A model generated the notes under the pieces. That model was not told the origin of the DNA. It searched no databases and saw only the letters and a program-made list of their open reading frames with translations. A stretch of 64,000 nucleotides of DNA from an uncultured Campylobacter sp. (lineage in GTDB: Bacteria; Campylobacterota; Campylobacteria; Campylobacterales; Campylobacteraceae), in NCBI GenBank assembly GCA_963529735.1, contig CAUSAR010000002.1, forward strand, positions 308-64,307, read 5' to 3'. Made by a program: the position numbers and the translations under genes. Below, piece after piece: positions 29,769 through 39,036 of the stretch (position 1 is the stretch's first letter; every line of letters starts with the position of its first letter).

Positions 29769-30380
29769 CTACCAGACCTTGGTTAAAATCGCGGGCGCAT
29801 CGCCGATATTGGCCGAATACGCTCGCAGGATTATCTGATGGCCGACCCCTTGGCCTCTGGTGTTTTGGGTTGTTGCCGTTACGGCAATCTCCCGTACGTC
29901 ATTGTCTGCTACGCCGGACATATTTCGCGAGAGATTTACGTTGCTTACCAAATTTGCCGTTATTATGCTATCTCTATCGTATCCTGCGGTGCTAGTTATC
30001 TGGGTACGTCTTCCGTTAAATGAGTTCAAAACGCCTGTTCTGTTTTCCCAAGGTCTACACACTACGCCCACTCTTGCTATATTGGAAAAAATTCTTCTTC
30101 CCTCTTGAGATATACCGTTTGTGGTGTAAAAATTATTTAAACCCCCAAATATAGGAGTCGAAAGTCTTGCGAAAGCGTCCCGTCCGGTGCAACTCCAAGC
30201 CGCGGTAGAGATGATGGCTAGTCTTGTTTTAGCATCCATTACTGTTTCTTGTATTACGGCCAAGCTGTTATTTTCTGATACTCTAGAAAATACATTTGGC
30301 ACTACAGCCATCGTCAATCCCATAATAACGATGGCTAGTATAAGTTCTATCAAAGAAAAGCCTTTTTTTGCTCTTACCAT
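29769..30380 (-). CDS. Prepilin-type pseudopilin
   Basis: The N-terminus MVRAKKG|FSLIELILAIVIMGL has the canonical G|F..LxE motif. The protein is 203 aa. Its ATG overlaps the stop of the giant gene (ATGGTAA). Confidence 0.8.
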   Translation of the reverse strand: MVRAKKGFSLIELILAIVIMGLTMAVVPNVFSRVSENNSLAVIQETVMDAKTRLAIISTAAWSCTGRDAFARLSTPIFGGLNNFYTTNGISQEGRRIFSNIARVGVVCRPWENRTGVLNSFNGRRTQITSTAGYDRDSIITANLVSNVNLSRNMSGVADNDVREIAVTATTQNTRGQGVGHQIILRAYSANIGDAPAILTKVW

Positions 30381-33300
30381 TCTATTCTCTTGCTCGGTTT
30401 ATCTATGATATTATTTAGCCTGCCGCCGCCTTGCGTACCCACGACGTTACCTACGCCCACGTCTGCTCCTTTGTTATTAAGGGACTGTCCTCCCCAGTTT
30501 ACGTTATTTGACGTAAAGTTAACGGTAAAGCGATTTACGGCAGCCAAAGCATTTATCGGGTCAAATATAAGCCAACCTGATGCAGGCATGCTGATGATGT
30601 CCGTACCTACTACGGTGCTTGAAAGTCTCATGTTGCCTATACCGTTTGCCGGAACTGGAGTGGCCGGGGCTATCGTAGTCGTAGCAGCGCCTGCTAGTGC
30701 TCCGCTCGTTCCTTGAGCTAAATTTGTATGGGCCGTATTTACAAACCAATTACTCGCTTGCGGTAGCTGAGTGCCTGTGGCTAGAGTATATATGGCGTTA
30801 TTGCAATCGTTACAATATATGCCGTAGTATAGGTTCGCATTAAAACCAGCTTGCGGTCCGGTGTATGTCGGCGCATATACCCTGCCGTAGTAAAACTGCG
30901 TCGTACTGACGACGGTAGGTCTTGCGTATGCAGCGCCGGCTACGGAGTCTGTATCCGATATACTGCCTATCGTTAAGTCTTGGTTGCTTAAAGTAAATGG
31001 ATTTTTAGGTATATTTACGCTTCTTGCAAAATTTAGCCTTACAGTTACAGGTGCCGTGCCGCCGGTAAAAGCGTTGGCATTTACGCTATATGCGCCGTTG
31101 TTTGCTACGGCGTTTACTTTTCTTACGAAACTAGGCGGATTGTTATCAAAAAATATAATTGCATTTCGAATATCTGCAAGCGTCGCCGCACCGCCGTTGT
31201 TTGTTCTAAAGTCGCCTAAAATTTGACCGATTCCTAATGTAAAATTATTGTTTCTAGAATAGCAACCGGTATGGTATAGCGTAGCAGCCGTCCTGGCAGC
31301 ATCGCCTAATCTAGCCGTTAGATTAAACGTTACGTTTGCTCCCATAGGCGCAACGTTTGACATATATGTCATATTTCCGCCGGCAAAATTAGTTACGGTT
31401 AAATTTTGCGCCGCTATATCATTTGGTACGAATAGCAAATTTTGCTCGCCTCTAGTTTGGGTATCGCAACCTATCTTGCCGTTCGCGTCTTCTGTCGTGG
31501 TATCGCTATCTGTTATGCAGTCGCTAGGATTGCCGCCGGTGCCTCTATCTACGTTTGTCCACTTCGTATCTTTGGCGTGTATGGCGACGTGTCCTATATT
31601 TGGATATACGAAGTCGCTAGTAGTGCCTCCACCTTGGGATATTTTTATTTCTCCTAGTCCGTTAGTGGTATCGGCTTCTAGGTTTATACCGTTTAAAAAC
31701 GTAAAGCCGTCGGTGCAAGTTGCCGGAACTAGAGTCGATCTTCTAAGTGTAATAGGTTTTATATTTGTCGAGTAGTTGGCTGCTGTATTGTTTTCATTAT
31801 CTATGGCTTGTACCCATATATTTTTATACGCTCGTCCTCCGACCATGCTTCCAAAATTTGTCGTATTGGTTGTTTTGTTATAAATTCGCAGCTCCTTCGG
31901 CCTTATCGAAAACGAATCGGAACTACAAACTTTGTGGTCTATATTTTTCGCGTCTTTATATGAAAGTCTAAATATCAAATTTGGATAAGCTTTTTTGATT
32001 AAGATATTTTTTAGATCTATTATGCTTTTGCTGGCCAGATCTGTTTTTAGTACTCGAATCGCTTGGCCGCCTTCGATTACGTTTGGTGCGTTGTCGCAAG
32101 GTTGATTTGCTTCTATTACGTCTACGTAAACGTCGTTGGCAAAGTTAAAATCGTCAAGTTTTTTAACCTCGTTGCCGTTTTCTTCGCTTATGAATAAATT
32201 TACCAATTTGACGTCAAATTTTCTTGCGGCAAGTTGAGTGAATAAATTTTCCGAATCACCCAATGCGCCGAATTTTTTATTTACAACTTTTGATGCTATA
32301 CTTCCTACTCTTAGTTGATATTTTGTTTCGGTGCACTCTTCGATGGCACCCTTATACACTAGCTTTATGCTAGGATTTTCAAAATTTGCGGTATATGAAT
32401 TTCTAGCAAAAGCCTCTCCGAGTACTGTATCAAATTGTATAAAAGCTTGGTTACTACTTCCTATAGTACCGCCGTTGCCTCCGCCAGCACCTTGACCGAC
32501 TAGGAATTTTAGCTTACCTGAGGTATAAGTTTGCAAATTTGTATTATCTGGGTTTTTATCTCCCGCTCCTACGGCGAAGGCTGTTCCTCTTCCGACGTCG
32601 GGTTTTATAAACGTAGTATTATTTATATATGTCGAATTTTTTGGATCTAGGGCAGTATTTATGGATAATTTTTGTGCCTCTTCGTTTCCGTTGTTTACTA
32701 TTTGAAGCCTAACTCTTAGCGTATCCCCTTTTTTTGCGATAGTTTTGTTGCTGGCATTGGTGCTAACCGGTTCAAAGTCTTGTTCGCCAGTTTTATCTTT
32801 ATCTCTAACATATAGTGTTTCTATATAACATACTTTCGGTACATATAGATCGGTGGAAAATGCCAGCATACCCACGGTGGCTTCGTCGCCTTGCACGCTA
32901 CCGCCGCCTTTTTGAACGATCTTTGCAGTTAGTCTTATGTCGGCGGATGTTTGTTTGTTGTTAAGTTTTCCGGTAATATCGTATGTATCTAAATCCATAC
33001 TGGCGTTATACTTTTTGCTCGGATTTAAATGCTTATTAAATTTAGATATAGTGGAGTTAAACTGGTCGCCTTTTTTATTTAGGGTACTATCAAAAATTGA
33101 ACTATACGGCGAATAGCTATCTTTTCTAATCTCTATATCCTCAGCCGAGATCTCGCTCGCTGCGCCGAATGAAAGAGTAGTAAGAGAGGAAACTACCGTA
33201 CCGTTTACGGGAGTATAAAAGCCGCTAACAGTTATGTTTGCGCTCCTGCTGGCTCCTTGACTTAAGTCTAGCGGCGTTAGCGGTTTGATACCGTCAAATA

Positions 33301-34216
33301 TATTAATGCCTTTAGGTTTTATTTTTTTGCCGTCTTTGCTACCAAAGTCATATACTATAACTAGCGCCCATCCTCCGTATCTAGGCGATTGTAGATTGTT
33401 AAACCATTTTCCGTCGGTGTAAGAATACACTGATGGGGGCATGCCGTTGTGAGTTTTGATATCGCCTGCGCTAAAAGTTCTGCTTGCTACGGTGTTTCCC
33501 AGAGATTGTTTTACTATCTCGGTAACGTCGGCGCTTGCTTGATATTGAAATCTCATGCCCCAGCCCGAAAACGACCCCGACCAGAATACGTCTTTTTCTT
33601 GTGCGGTAATATTATAGTATCCTTTTGGCGTTCCGAATCTTACAGTATTAAAATCTTTTATCGTATCAAAGTAGCTTGTTCTGGCCGAATATTCGTTTCC
33701 GATATTCCAGCTTCTGGCAAAACCTCCGGCCCAGTAAAGCCTAGCGAAGACCACTCTCTTGCCTATTATATCATTTGCGATACTCGCTCCGTCGGTATTT
33801 TTCCTGTCGGAAAAGTCAAAAGTCGCTTTTGATGAATTGAAGCTATAGTTTGGATCTTCTTTTTCAAATACAACATCCGTGATGGATGTATGTATCGTAC
33901 TGGAACTTAAAATAGGCCTGTAATTATAGCCGTATCCTTGGGAGCTATTGCCCACAGTTCTTAAGACAGAGGCCCCGATGGTCTCTATATCACCGTATAT
34001 TATCTTTCTTTCTTCTAGTCTTTTAATGCCATACTGGTCTATTACTTCTTCATTTATGACTCTTTTTTGAAGGTTGGCGGTTTCTTTATTGTCTAAATAT
34101 CTGCCAGATGATGCGGAAGCTAAATTATGTTCCAGATAATTTTTATCTTTTACTGCAAAGGCGCTACTTGCGCTTAGTAAAAAAATCGCAACTAGAAAAA
34201 AATTAGAATTTTTCAC
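30374..34216 (-). CDS. Giant (1280 aa) secreted protein of unknown family; candidate pilus-tip-associated protein (functional analogue of MshQ/PilY1)
   Basis: GTG start at 34216 with an AAGGA RBS 7 nt upstream. The signal peptide is VKNSNFFLVAIFLLSASSAFA|VKD. The body is Asn/Thr/Gly/Ser-rich and beta-type. It is translationally coupled to three pseudopilin genes. The upstream 28 codons of the raw ORF overlap fliW and are rejected. Confidence 0.8.
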   Translation of the reverse strand: MKNSNFFLVAIFLLSASSAFAVKDKNYLEHNLASASSGRYLDNKETANLQKRVINEEVIDQYGIKRLEERKIIYGDIETIGASVLRTVGNSSQGYGYNYRPILSSSTIHTSITDVVFEKEDPNYSFNSSKATFDFSDRKNTDGASIANDIIGKRVVFARLYWAGGFARSWNIGNEYSARTSYFDTIKDFNTVRFGTPKGYYNITAQEKDVFWSGSFSGWGMRFQYQASADVTEIVKQSLGNTVASRTFSAGDIKTHNGMPPSVYSYTDGKWFNNLQSPRYGGWALVIVYDFGSKDGKKIKPKGINIFDGIKPLTPLDLSQGASRSANITVSGFYTPVNGTVVSSLTTLSFGAASEISAEDIEIRKDSYSPYSSIFDSTLNKKGDQFNSTISKFNKHLNPSKKYNASMDLDTYDITGKLNNKQTSADIRLTAKIVQKGGGSVQGDEATVGMLAFSTDLYVPKVCYIETLYVRDKDKTGEQDFEPVSTNASNKTIAKKGDTLRVRLQIVNNGNEEAQKLSINTALDPKNSTYINNTTFIKPDVGRGTAFAVGAGDKNPDNTNLQTYTSGKLKFLVGQGAGGGNGGTIGSSNQAFIQFDTVLGEAFARNSYTANFENPSIKLVYKGAIEECTETKYQLRVGSIASKVVNKKFGALGDSENLFTQLAARKFDVKLVNLFISEENGNEVKKLDDFNFANDVYVDVIEANQPCDNAPNVIEGGQAIRVLKTDLASKSIIDLKNILIKKAYPNLIFRLSYKDAKNIDHKVCSSDSFSIRPKELRIYNKTTNTTNFGSMVGGRAYKNIWVQAIDNENNTAANYSTNIKPITLRRSTLVPATCTDGFTFLNGINLEADTTNGLGEIKISQGGGTTSDFVYPNIGHVAIHAKDTKWTNVDRGTGGNPSDCITDSDTTTEDANGKIGCDTQTRGEQNLLFVPNDIAAQNLTVTNFAGGNMTYMSNVAPMGANVTFNLTARLGDAARTAATLYHTGCYSRNNNFTLGIGQILGDFRTNNGGAATLADIRNAIIFFDNNPPSFVRKVNAVANNGAYSVNANAFTGGTAPVTVRLNFARSVNIPKNPFTLSNQDLTIGSISDTDSVAGAAYARPTVVSTTQFYYGRVYAPTYTGPQAGFNANLYYGIYCNDCNNAIYTLATGTQLPQASNWFVNTAHTNLAQGTSGALAGAATTTIAPATPVPANGIGNMRLSSTVVGTDIISMPASGWLIFDPINALAAVNRFTVNFTSNNVNWGGQSLNNKGADVGVGNVVGTQGGGRLNNIIDKPSKRIEW

Positions 34217-34235
34217 TTGGTATTCCTTAAAATTT

Positions 34236-34619
34236 TTATTTCTCAATAAAATCCGAAATTTTTTCAGCCTGTTTATACATTGGATATGCCCATGCATCAA
34301 GGACTATTTGCGAGAGCGTCATATTTGTCATGTTGCAAACGATAGGAGCGATAAAATTTACCGTCGATGTCTCGATCGGAGTGCTCACGACCATGATATT
34401 GTAAATTCTTAGCTCACTTTTGTCGTTTATATCCATCAGCTCCTGATAGTACGTCGGTATATCAAATTCGTAATTTCTCAAGGCGTACGGGTTTATCGCT
34501 GTAAAAGACGTCTCATCGTCCTTGCTTTGAAGCTTTACGAAAAATTGATCCAGTTCTTTTAATTCATAACTTTTAATATGTTCAAAGCCTAAAATCGGGC
34601 TTTTGACTTGAAAAATCAT
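34236..34619 (-). CDS. fliW: Flagellar assembly factor FliW
   Basis: [20 protein letters not shown]...INPY...IAPIV matches the conserved FliW pattern. An AAGGAG RBS precedes the ATG at 34619. Confidence 0.9.
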   Translation of the reverse strand: MIFQVKSPILGFEHIKSYELKELDQFFVKLQSKDDETSFTAINPYALRNYEFDIPTYYQELMDINDKSELRIYNIMVVSTPIETSTVNFIAPIVCNMTNMTLSQIVLDAWAYPMYKQAEKISDFIEK

Positions 34620-34725
34620 ATATATCTCCTTAATTAAATATTTACTTTTTACGCGAATTGTATCCAAAATTTCCTATTTTTAAGCATAAAATGAAAACAA
34701 ATTTACCGAAAAGCAATAAAAACAA

Positions 34726-34734
34726 TGGTAAAAT
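34726..34734 (+). promoter_or_regulatory. Candidate extended -10 element for the bamD-like gene
   Basis: TGGTAAAAT lies about 37 nt upstream of the ATG at 34771. Confidence 0.35.
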
Positions 34735-34770
34735 AGTCCGTTTTAAAAAATTTAAAATTTAAGGGAACGT

Positions 34771-35418
34771 ATGAAAAATTTGATCAAATTTTTATCTGCG
34801 GTGTTTTTTGTTGGTTTAATCGGCGGTTGTGCCGACAAATACACCGAGCTTTATAATCTAACGCCCGATCAGTGGTACTCTGAGATCATCGGCGATATCA
34901 AAAACCGTGACCTAGAAAGCGCCGACAAACACTACACGGCGATGTCTAGCGAGCACGTAGCTAGTCCGCTTTTGGAGCAAATGCTACTAATCCTAGCCCA
35001 AGCTCACGCTAACGACGAAGAGTATTTGATGGCAAATTTTTACCTAGACGAATACCTTAAAAGATACGGCGATAGCGGTCCTAGGAGCGAATTTGCGCAG
35101 TATCTGAAGATAAAGGCGAATTTTGACTCGTTCTCGCAACCCAATCGCAACCAAAAGCTAATGCAAGACAGCATCGCCGAGATAGAAAAATTTCTCTACA
35201 TCTACCCAAACACACAGTATCGCCCGCTGATCGAAACTATGCTGGTTAAATTTAAGCTCGCAATCTACAACCTGGACGTGCAGATAGCCGATCTGTACGA
35301 GCGCACTGGCAGGGATGAGTCGGCGCAAATTTATAAAGAAAAGGTTCAGGCTTCGCCGCTAAACGATGCAAATATCGTGCTTCCGCAGCTTCCTTGGTAT
35401 AGAAAAATGTTTGAATAG
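34771..35418 (+). CDS. bamD: Outer-membrane assembly lipoprotein, BamD/YfiO (ComL) family
   Basis: Has a lipobox (FFVGLIGGC) and a TPR-like helical body of 215 aa. It sits upstream of lon, as the lipoprotein gene does in C. jejuni. Confidence 0.75.
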   Translation: MKNLIKFLSAVFFVGLIGGCADKYTELYNLTPDQWYSEIIGDIKNRDLESADKHYTAMSSEHVASPLLEQMLLILAQAHANDEEYLMANFYLDEYLKRYGDSGPRSEFAQYLKIKANFDSFSQPNRNQKLMQDSIAEIEKFLYIYPNTQYRPLIETMLVKFKLAIYNLDVQIADLYERTGRDESAQIYKEKVQASPLNDANIVLPQLPWYRKMFE

Positions 35419-35427
35419 GAGCTAAAT

Positions 35428-37854
35428 TTGCAAATTTACGAATCAAAAATGTTCCCCGCCCAGCTACCAGTCATCGTGGAGGACGAGCTATTTTTATACC
35501 CTTTTATGATCACGCCGCTTTTTTTGAGCGACGAGGAAAATATCGAAGCGCTAAATTTGGCTCTCGAGTCGCAGAGTCCCATCCTAGTCGTACCGACGAA
35601 AGCGCAAAACGAAGGTGCGCGAGAATTTGACTCAATCTACGACGCCGGCGTCATAGGCACTGTGATGAGGCGAGTGCCGCTACCAGACGGTAGAGTGAAA
35701 ATTTTATTTCAAGGCACGAGCAAGGGTCGCATAGTCTCAAAAGTATCCTCAAAGCCATTGCAAGCCGTTGTAGACGTGCTGCATGAAAAAAGACCCGAAA
35801 ATACCAAAAGCGACGCGCTACTAACCGTGCTTCGCGAAAAAGTGCGAGATCTAGCTGCGCTTAGCCACTTTTTCCCGCCGGATCTTTTAAAAACGATAGA
35901 GGAGAGCGCCGAGCCTAGCCGCGTTTGTGATCTGATTTTAAGCTCGCTAAGGCTAAAGAAAAAGACGGCGTACGAGTTTTTTATCGAGGAAAATTTGGAG
36001 CAAAAGCTGCTAAAACTCATCGACTACGTCATCGAAGAAATCGAGGCGAACAAGCTTCAGCGCGAGATAAAAAACAAAGTCCATTCAAGGATCGATAAGG
36101 TAAATAAGGAGTATTTCCTAAAAGAGCAGCTAAAGCAGATCCAACAAGAGCTTGGCTCCGACACGAGCCGCGAGGAGGAGATCGAGGAGTACCGCAAGAA
36201 GCTGGAAGCTAAGAAAAAATTTATGGGCGAGGACGCGTATAAGGAGATAAAAAAACAAATCGACAAGCTAGCTCGCATGCATCCGGACTCCGCCGACGCC
36301 AACACGACGCAAAGCTACCTCGACTGGGTCGTAGAGGTGCCGTTTGAAAACCTGGCCAACAAAAAACTAAGCGTACAGGAGGTCGCAAAGCAGCTAAATG
36401 CCGATCACTACGGGCTTGAGAGACCAAAAGATAGGATAGAGGAGTATTTTGCTCTACGCGAGCTTTTACAGCTGCGAGGTGTCGCGGGCAAGGTAAATAA
36501 CGGCGCGATACTATGCTTTGCGGGACCTCCGGGCGTTGGCAAAACGAGTCTGGCAAACTCCATCGCAAAGGCGCTAAAGCGCGAGCTGGTGCGTGTGGCA
36601 CTGGGCGGACTGGAGGATGTAAACGAGCTGCGCGGACACCGCCGTACATATATCGGTGCGATGCCGGGTCGTATCGTGCAGGGTCTAATCGAAGCCAAGC
36701 AGATGAATCCGGTCGTCGTGCTAGACGAGATTGACAAGGTCGGTAGGAGCTTTCGTGGCGATCCGACGGCTGTGCTGCTAGAGATTTTAGATCCTGAGCA
36801 AAATAACAAATTTAGAGATTATTATTTAAATTTTAATATTGACCTTAGCAAGGTCGTTTTCGTCGCGACAGCAAACGACGTGAGCGCCATACCGCCCGCA
36901 CTTCGCGACAGGATGGAGTTTATCGAGCTTAGCTCATATACGCCGCAGGAAAAATTTGAGATCGCGAAAAAATATCTAATCCCCCAAGAGCTCAAAAAGC
37001 ACGGACTAAAGCCAAGCGAAGTAACTCTGGGCAAAGACGTGCTAAGCCTTATCATATCGGACTACACGCGAGAAAGCGGGGTGCGAAATCTTCGCCGCCG
37101 CCTAGCAGATATCTTTAGAAAGGCGGCAAAAAGGCTGCTCGAGGGCGAAGTGCAAAAGATAACCGTGACGACTAAAAATTTGAACGAATTTTTGGAAAAA
37201 AAGGTTTTTGAGATCGAGCATGCCGATAAAAAGCCGCAGATCGGCCAGGTAAACGGGCTGGCGTGGACGAGCGTGGGCGGCGACGTGCTAAAGATCGAAG
37301 CCATCCGCATACAGGGCAAGGGCAGTCTGCAGATCACCGGGTCTTTGGGTGACGTGATGAAGGAGAGCGCATATATCGCATTTAGCCTCGTTAAAGTGCT
37401 GATCGACGCTAAAAAGATAAAAGTGCCTGCCAAAATCATCCCGAGCCTGCCTGACGACGTCAAAGATGGCGTAAAAAAAGAGCCTAGCGCTAGCGAAGTG
37501 TATCGCCGTTATGACTTGCACATTCACGTGCCAGAGGGCGCCACGCCAAAAGACGGCCCGAGTGCGGGCATCACGATGGTGACGGCGATCGCCTCGATCC
37601 TAACGGATACCAAAGTGCGAAGCGACGTGGCGATGACTGGCGAGATCACGTTAAGTGGCCGCGTGCTGCCTATCGGCGGGCTAAAAGAAAAGCTTATCGC
37701 CGCGCATAAGGCCGGTATCAAAACCGCTCTAATACCGCGCAAAAACTATGAACGAGACCTGGGTGATATCCCGCAAGACGTCAAAAAAGACATGCAAATC
37801 ATCCCGGTGGATGTCATCGAAGACGTGCTAAAAAATGCGTTCGTCGCAAAGTAA
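35428..37854 (+). CDS. lon: ATP-dependent Lon protease
   Basis: Shows the GPPGVGKTS Walker A, VVLDEIDK Walker B and [11 protein letters not shown] catalytic Ser motif. The TTG start has an AGGAG 6 nt upstream. Confidence 0.98.
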   Translation: MQIYESKMFPAQLPVIVEDELFLYPFMITPLFLSDEENIEALNLALESQSPILVVPTKAQNEGAREFDSIYDAGVIGTVMRRVPLPDGRVKILFQGTSKGRIVSKVSSKPLQAVVDVLHEKRPENTKSDALLTVLREKVRDLAALSHFFPPDLLKTIEESAEPSRVCDLILSSLRLKKKTAYEFFIEENLEQKLLKLIDYVIEEIEANKLQREIKNKVHSRIDKVNKEYFLKEQLKQIQQELGSDTSREEEIEEYRKKLEAKKKFMGEDAYKEIKKQIDKLARMHPDSADANTTQSYLDWVVEVPFENLANKKLSVQEVAKQLNADHYGLERPKDRIEEYFALRELLQLRGVAGKVNNGAILCFAGPPGVGKTSLANSIAKALKRELVRVALGGLEDVNELRGHRRTYIGAMPGRIVQGLIEAKQMNPVVVLDEIDKVGRSFRGDPTAVLLEILDPEQNNKFRDYYLNFNIDLSKVVFVATANDVSAIPPALRDRMEFIELSSYTPQEKFEIAKKYLIPQELKKHGLKPSEVTLGKDVLSLIISDYTRESGVRNLRRRLADIFRKAAKRLLEGEVQKITVTTKNLNEFLEKKVFEIEHADKKPQIGQVNGLAWTSVGGDVLKIEAIRIQGKGSLQITGSLGDVMKESAYIAFSLVKVLIDAKKIKVPAKIIPSLPDDVKDGVKKEPSASEVYRRYDLHIHVPEGATPKDGPSAGITMVTAIASILTDTKVRSDVAMTGEITLSGRVLPIGGLKEKLIAAHKAGIKTALIPRKNYERDLGDIPQDVKKDMQIIPVDVIEDVLKNAFVAK

Positions 37855-37869
37855 CTACAAAATTTGATT

Positions 37870-37899
37870 AAATTTAGCCTCGGTATCGGGGCTAAATTT
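37870..37899 (+). terminator. Hairpin after lon built from an AAATTT-containing inverted repeat
   Basis: AAATTTAGCCTCG-gtat-CGGGGCTAAATTT forms a 13-bp stem with one G-U pair. A weak T tail follows. Confidence 0.5.
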
Positions 37900-38426
37900 C
37901 TACTTTAATATCATCAATTTACGATTAAAATTTCATTTATGATCAAGAAAATTTAAAAATTTTGTAAAGCACAAACGCTATGATTTTAACGATATTCTTA
38001 AAATTAGCGAGCATGGCGAAGTAGAGTTTGCATGCAACAACTGTAAAGACTATATCGCGTTTTACTAAAATCGACAAGACGCGTTACAAACAATAGAACG
38101 AAATCGCCGCTAAAATTTACTCAAGCTTTATTGAGCGTGCGTATTTCTTAGTATTTGCTATTTGTGCTTAGGCTTAGCCTGAGATATATGCTTGATCTTA
38201 TTTCTTCGTTTGCTAACATGGTTTGAAGCTTGGAAGATAGGATGGAAGGATTAGTGGATTCTAGGGATTTAGCAAGAGAGGAAAAGGATACTTATTTGGC
38301 GAATAAAGAGACGCCAAATAAGTAAACGATAAAAAACAAAAAAGATATCCTTCGCAAAATCTACTTCCCTAACTATACTGAAATTTACGGCTAAATTTAA
38401 TCACAATAATGTGATTTAAGGCAGGC

Positions 38427-39026
38427 GTGGGTAAAATATGGGAACTTGAATTTGGGTGGGGTGAGATGGAAAAAGATGATAACGAGTTTATGGATTTGCC
38501 TGAAAATATTAAGCTCGATGAGGATGAGTATATCATCTGCCGATATAAAGGAAATCACGTTAAAGAGCACTTTGTTAGGTTTTTATTTGCCTTGCTTTGT
38601 ATTGTAATATTTTTATATACATTGTTTTTTGGACAAAATTTTGAGCAACAAAGCGCATTTGTAAAAGCATGTATTATTTTTTTTATATTTTTTTGCATTT
38701 TACTGGTATATCTTTTTATAACCAATTAGATTCACAAAGGTCTATATTTAACAAATAAACATTTGATATCCTTTAATGGAAATAAATTTGACTTAGGCTC
38801 CATATACATACTTGACACAAGCGCTCGTCAAAATAAAGAATTTTGCGTATGCAACGGATGGAAAAATATCCTGGAAATTAAATGTGCAGAAGATGATATT
38901 AAACTAGATATATTTATATTTTATTTAGTCGATATATCTGGAAATAAAAGTATTTTTAGATTTGGTTCAAAGGAGCTAAGAGCTAAAGCCGTAATGGATA
39001 ATTCGGTTAGATTTAAATTAATGTAA
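38427..39026 (+). pseudogene. bPH (DUF304/YdbT-like)-type membrane protein split by one in-frame TAG
   Basis: ORFs 38427-38729 and 38763-39026 are in the same frame. The only stop between them is the TAG at 38727-38729. The merged product has DEYIICRYKGNH, then 2 TM segments, then LTNKHLISFNG, which resembles the two-TM plus PH-domain layout. Confidence 0.5.
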
Positions 39027-39036
39027 GGAGACAATA

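Noticed and set aside
34217-34300. 28-codon N-terminal extension of the giant ORF ([12 protein letters not shown]...)
   Set aside because: It overlaps the fliW 3' end. The GTG at 34216 has a well-spaced AAGGA RBS and starts a canonical signal peptide.
34620-34700. Sigma54-type promoter (TGGATACAATTCGCG) upstream of fliW
   Set aside because: The GG-to-GC spacing is 9 nt rather than the required 10. The -12 element does not match TTGC, so this is probably a chance similarity.
36057-37742. A series of 72-142-aa minus-strand ORFs inside lon, and the plus-strand 73-aa ORF at 36513-36734
   Set aside because: All lie within or antisense to the unambiguous lon reading frame. Their products are Arg/Pro/Ser-rich, typical of off-frame translation of a GC-richer gene.
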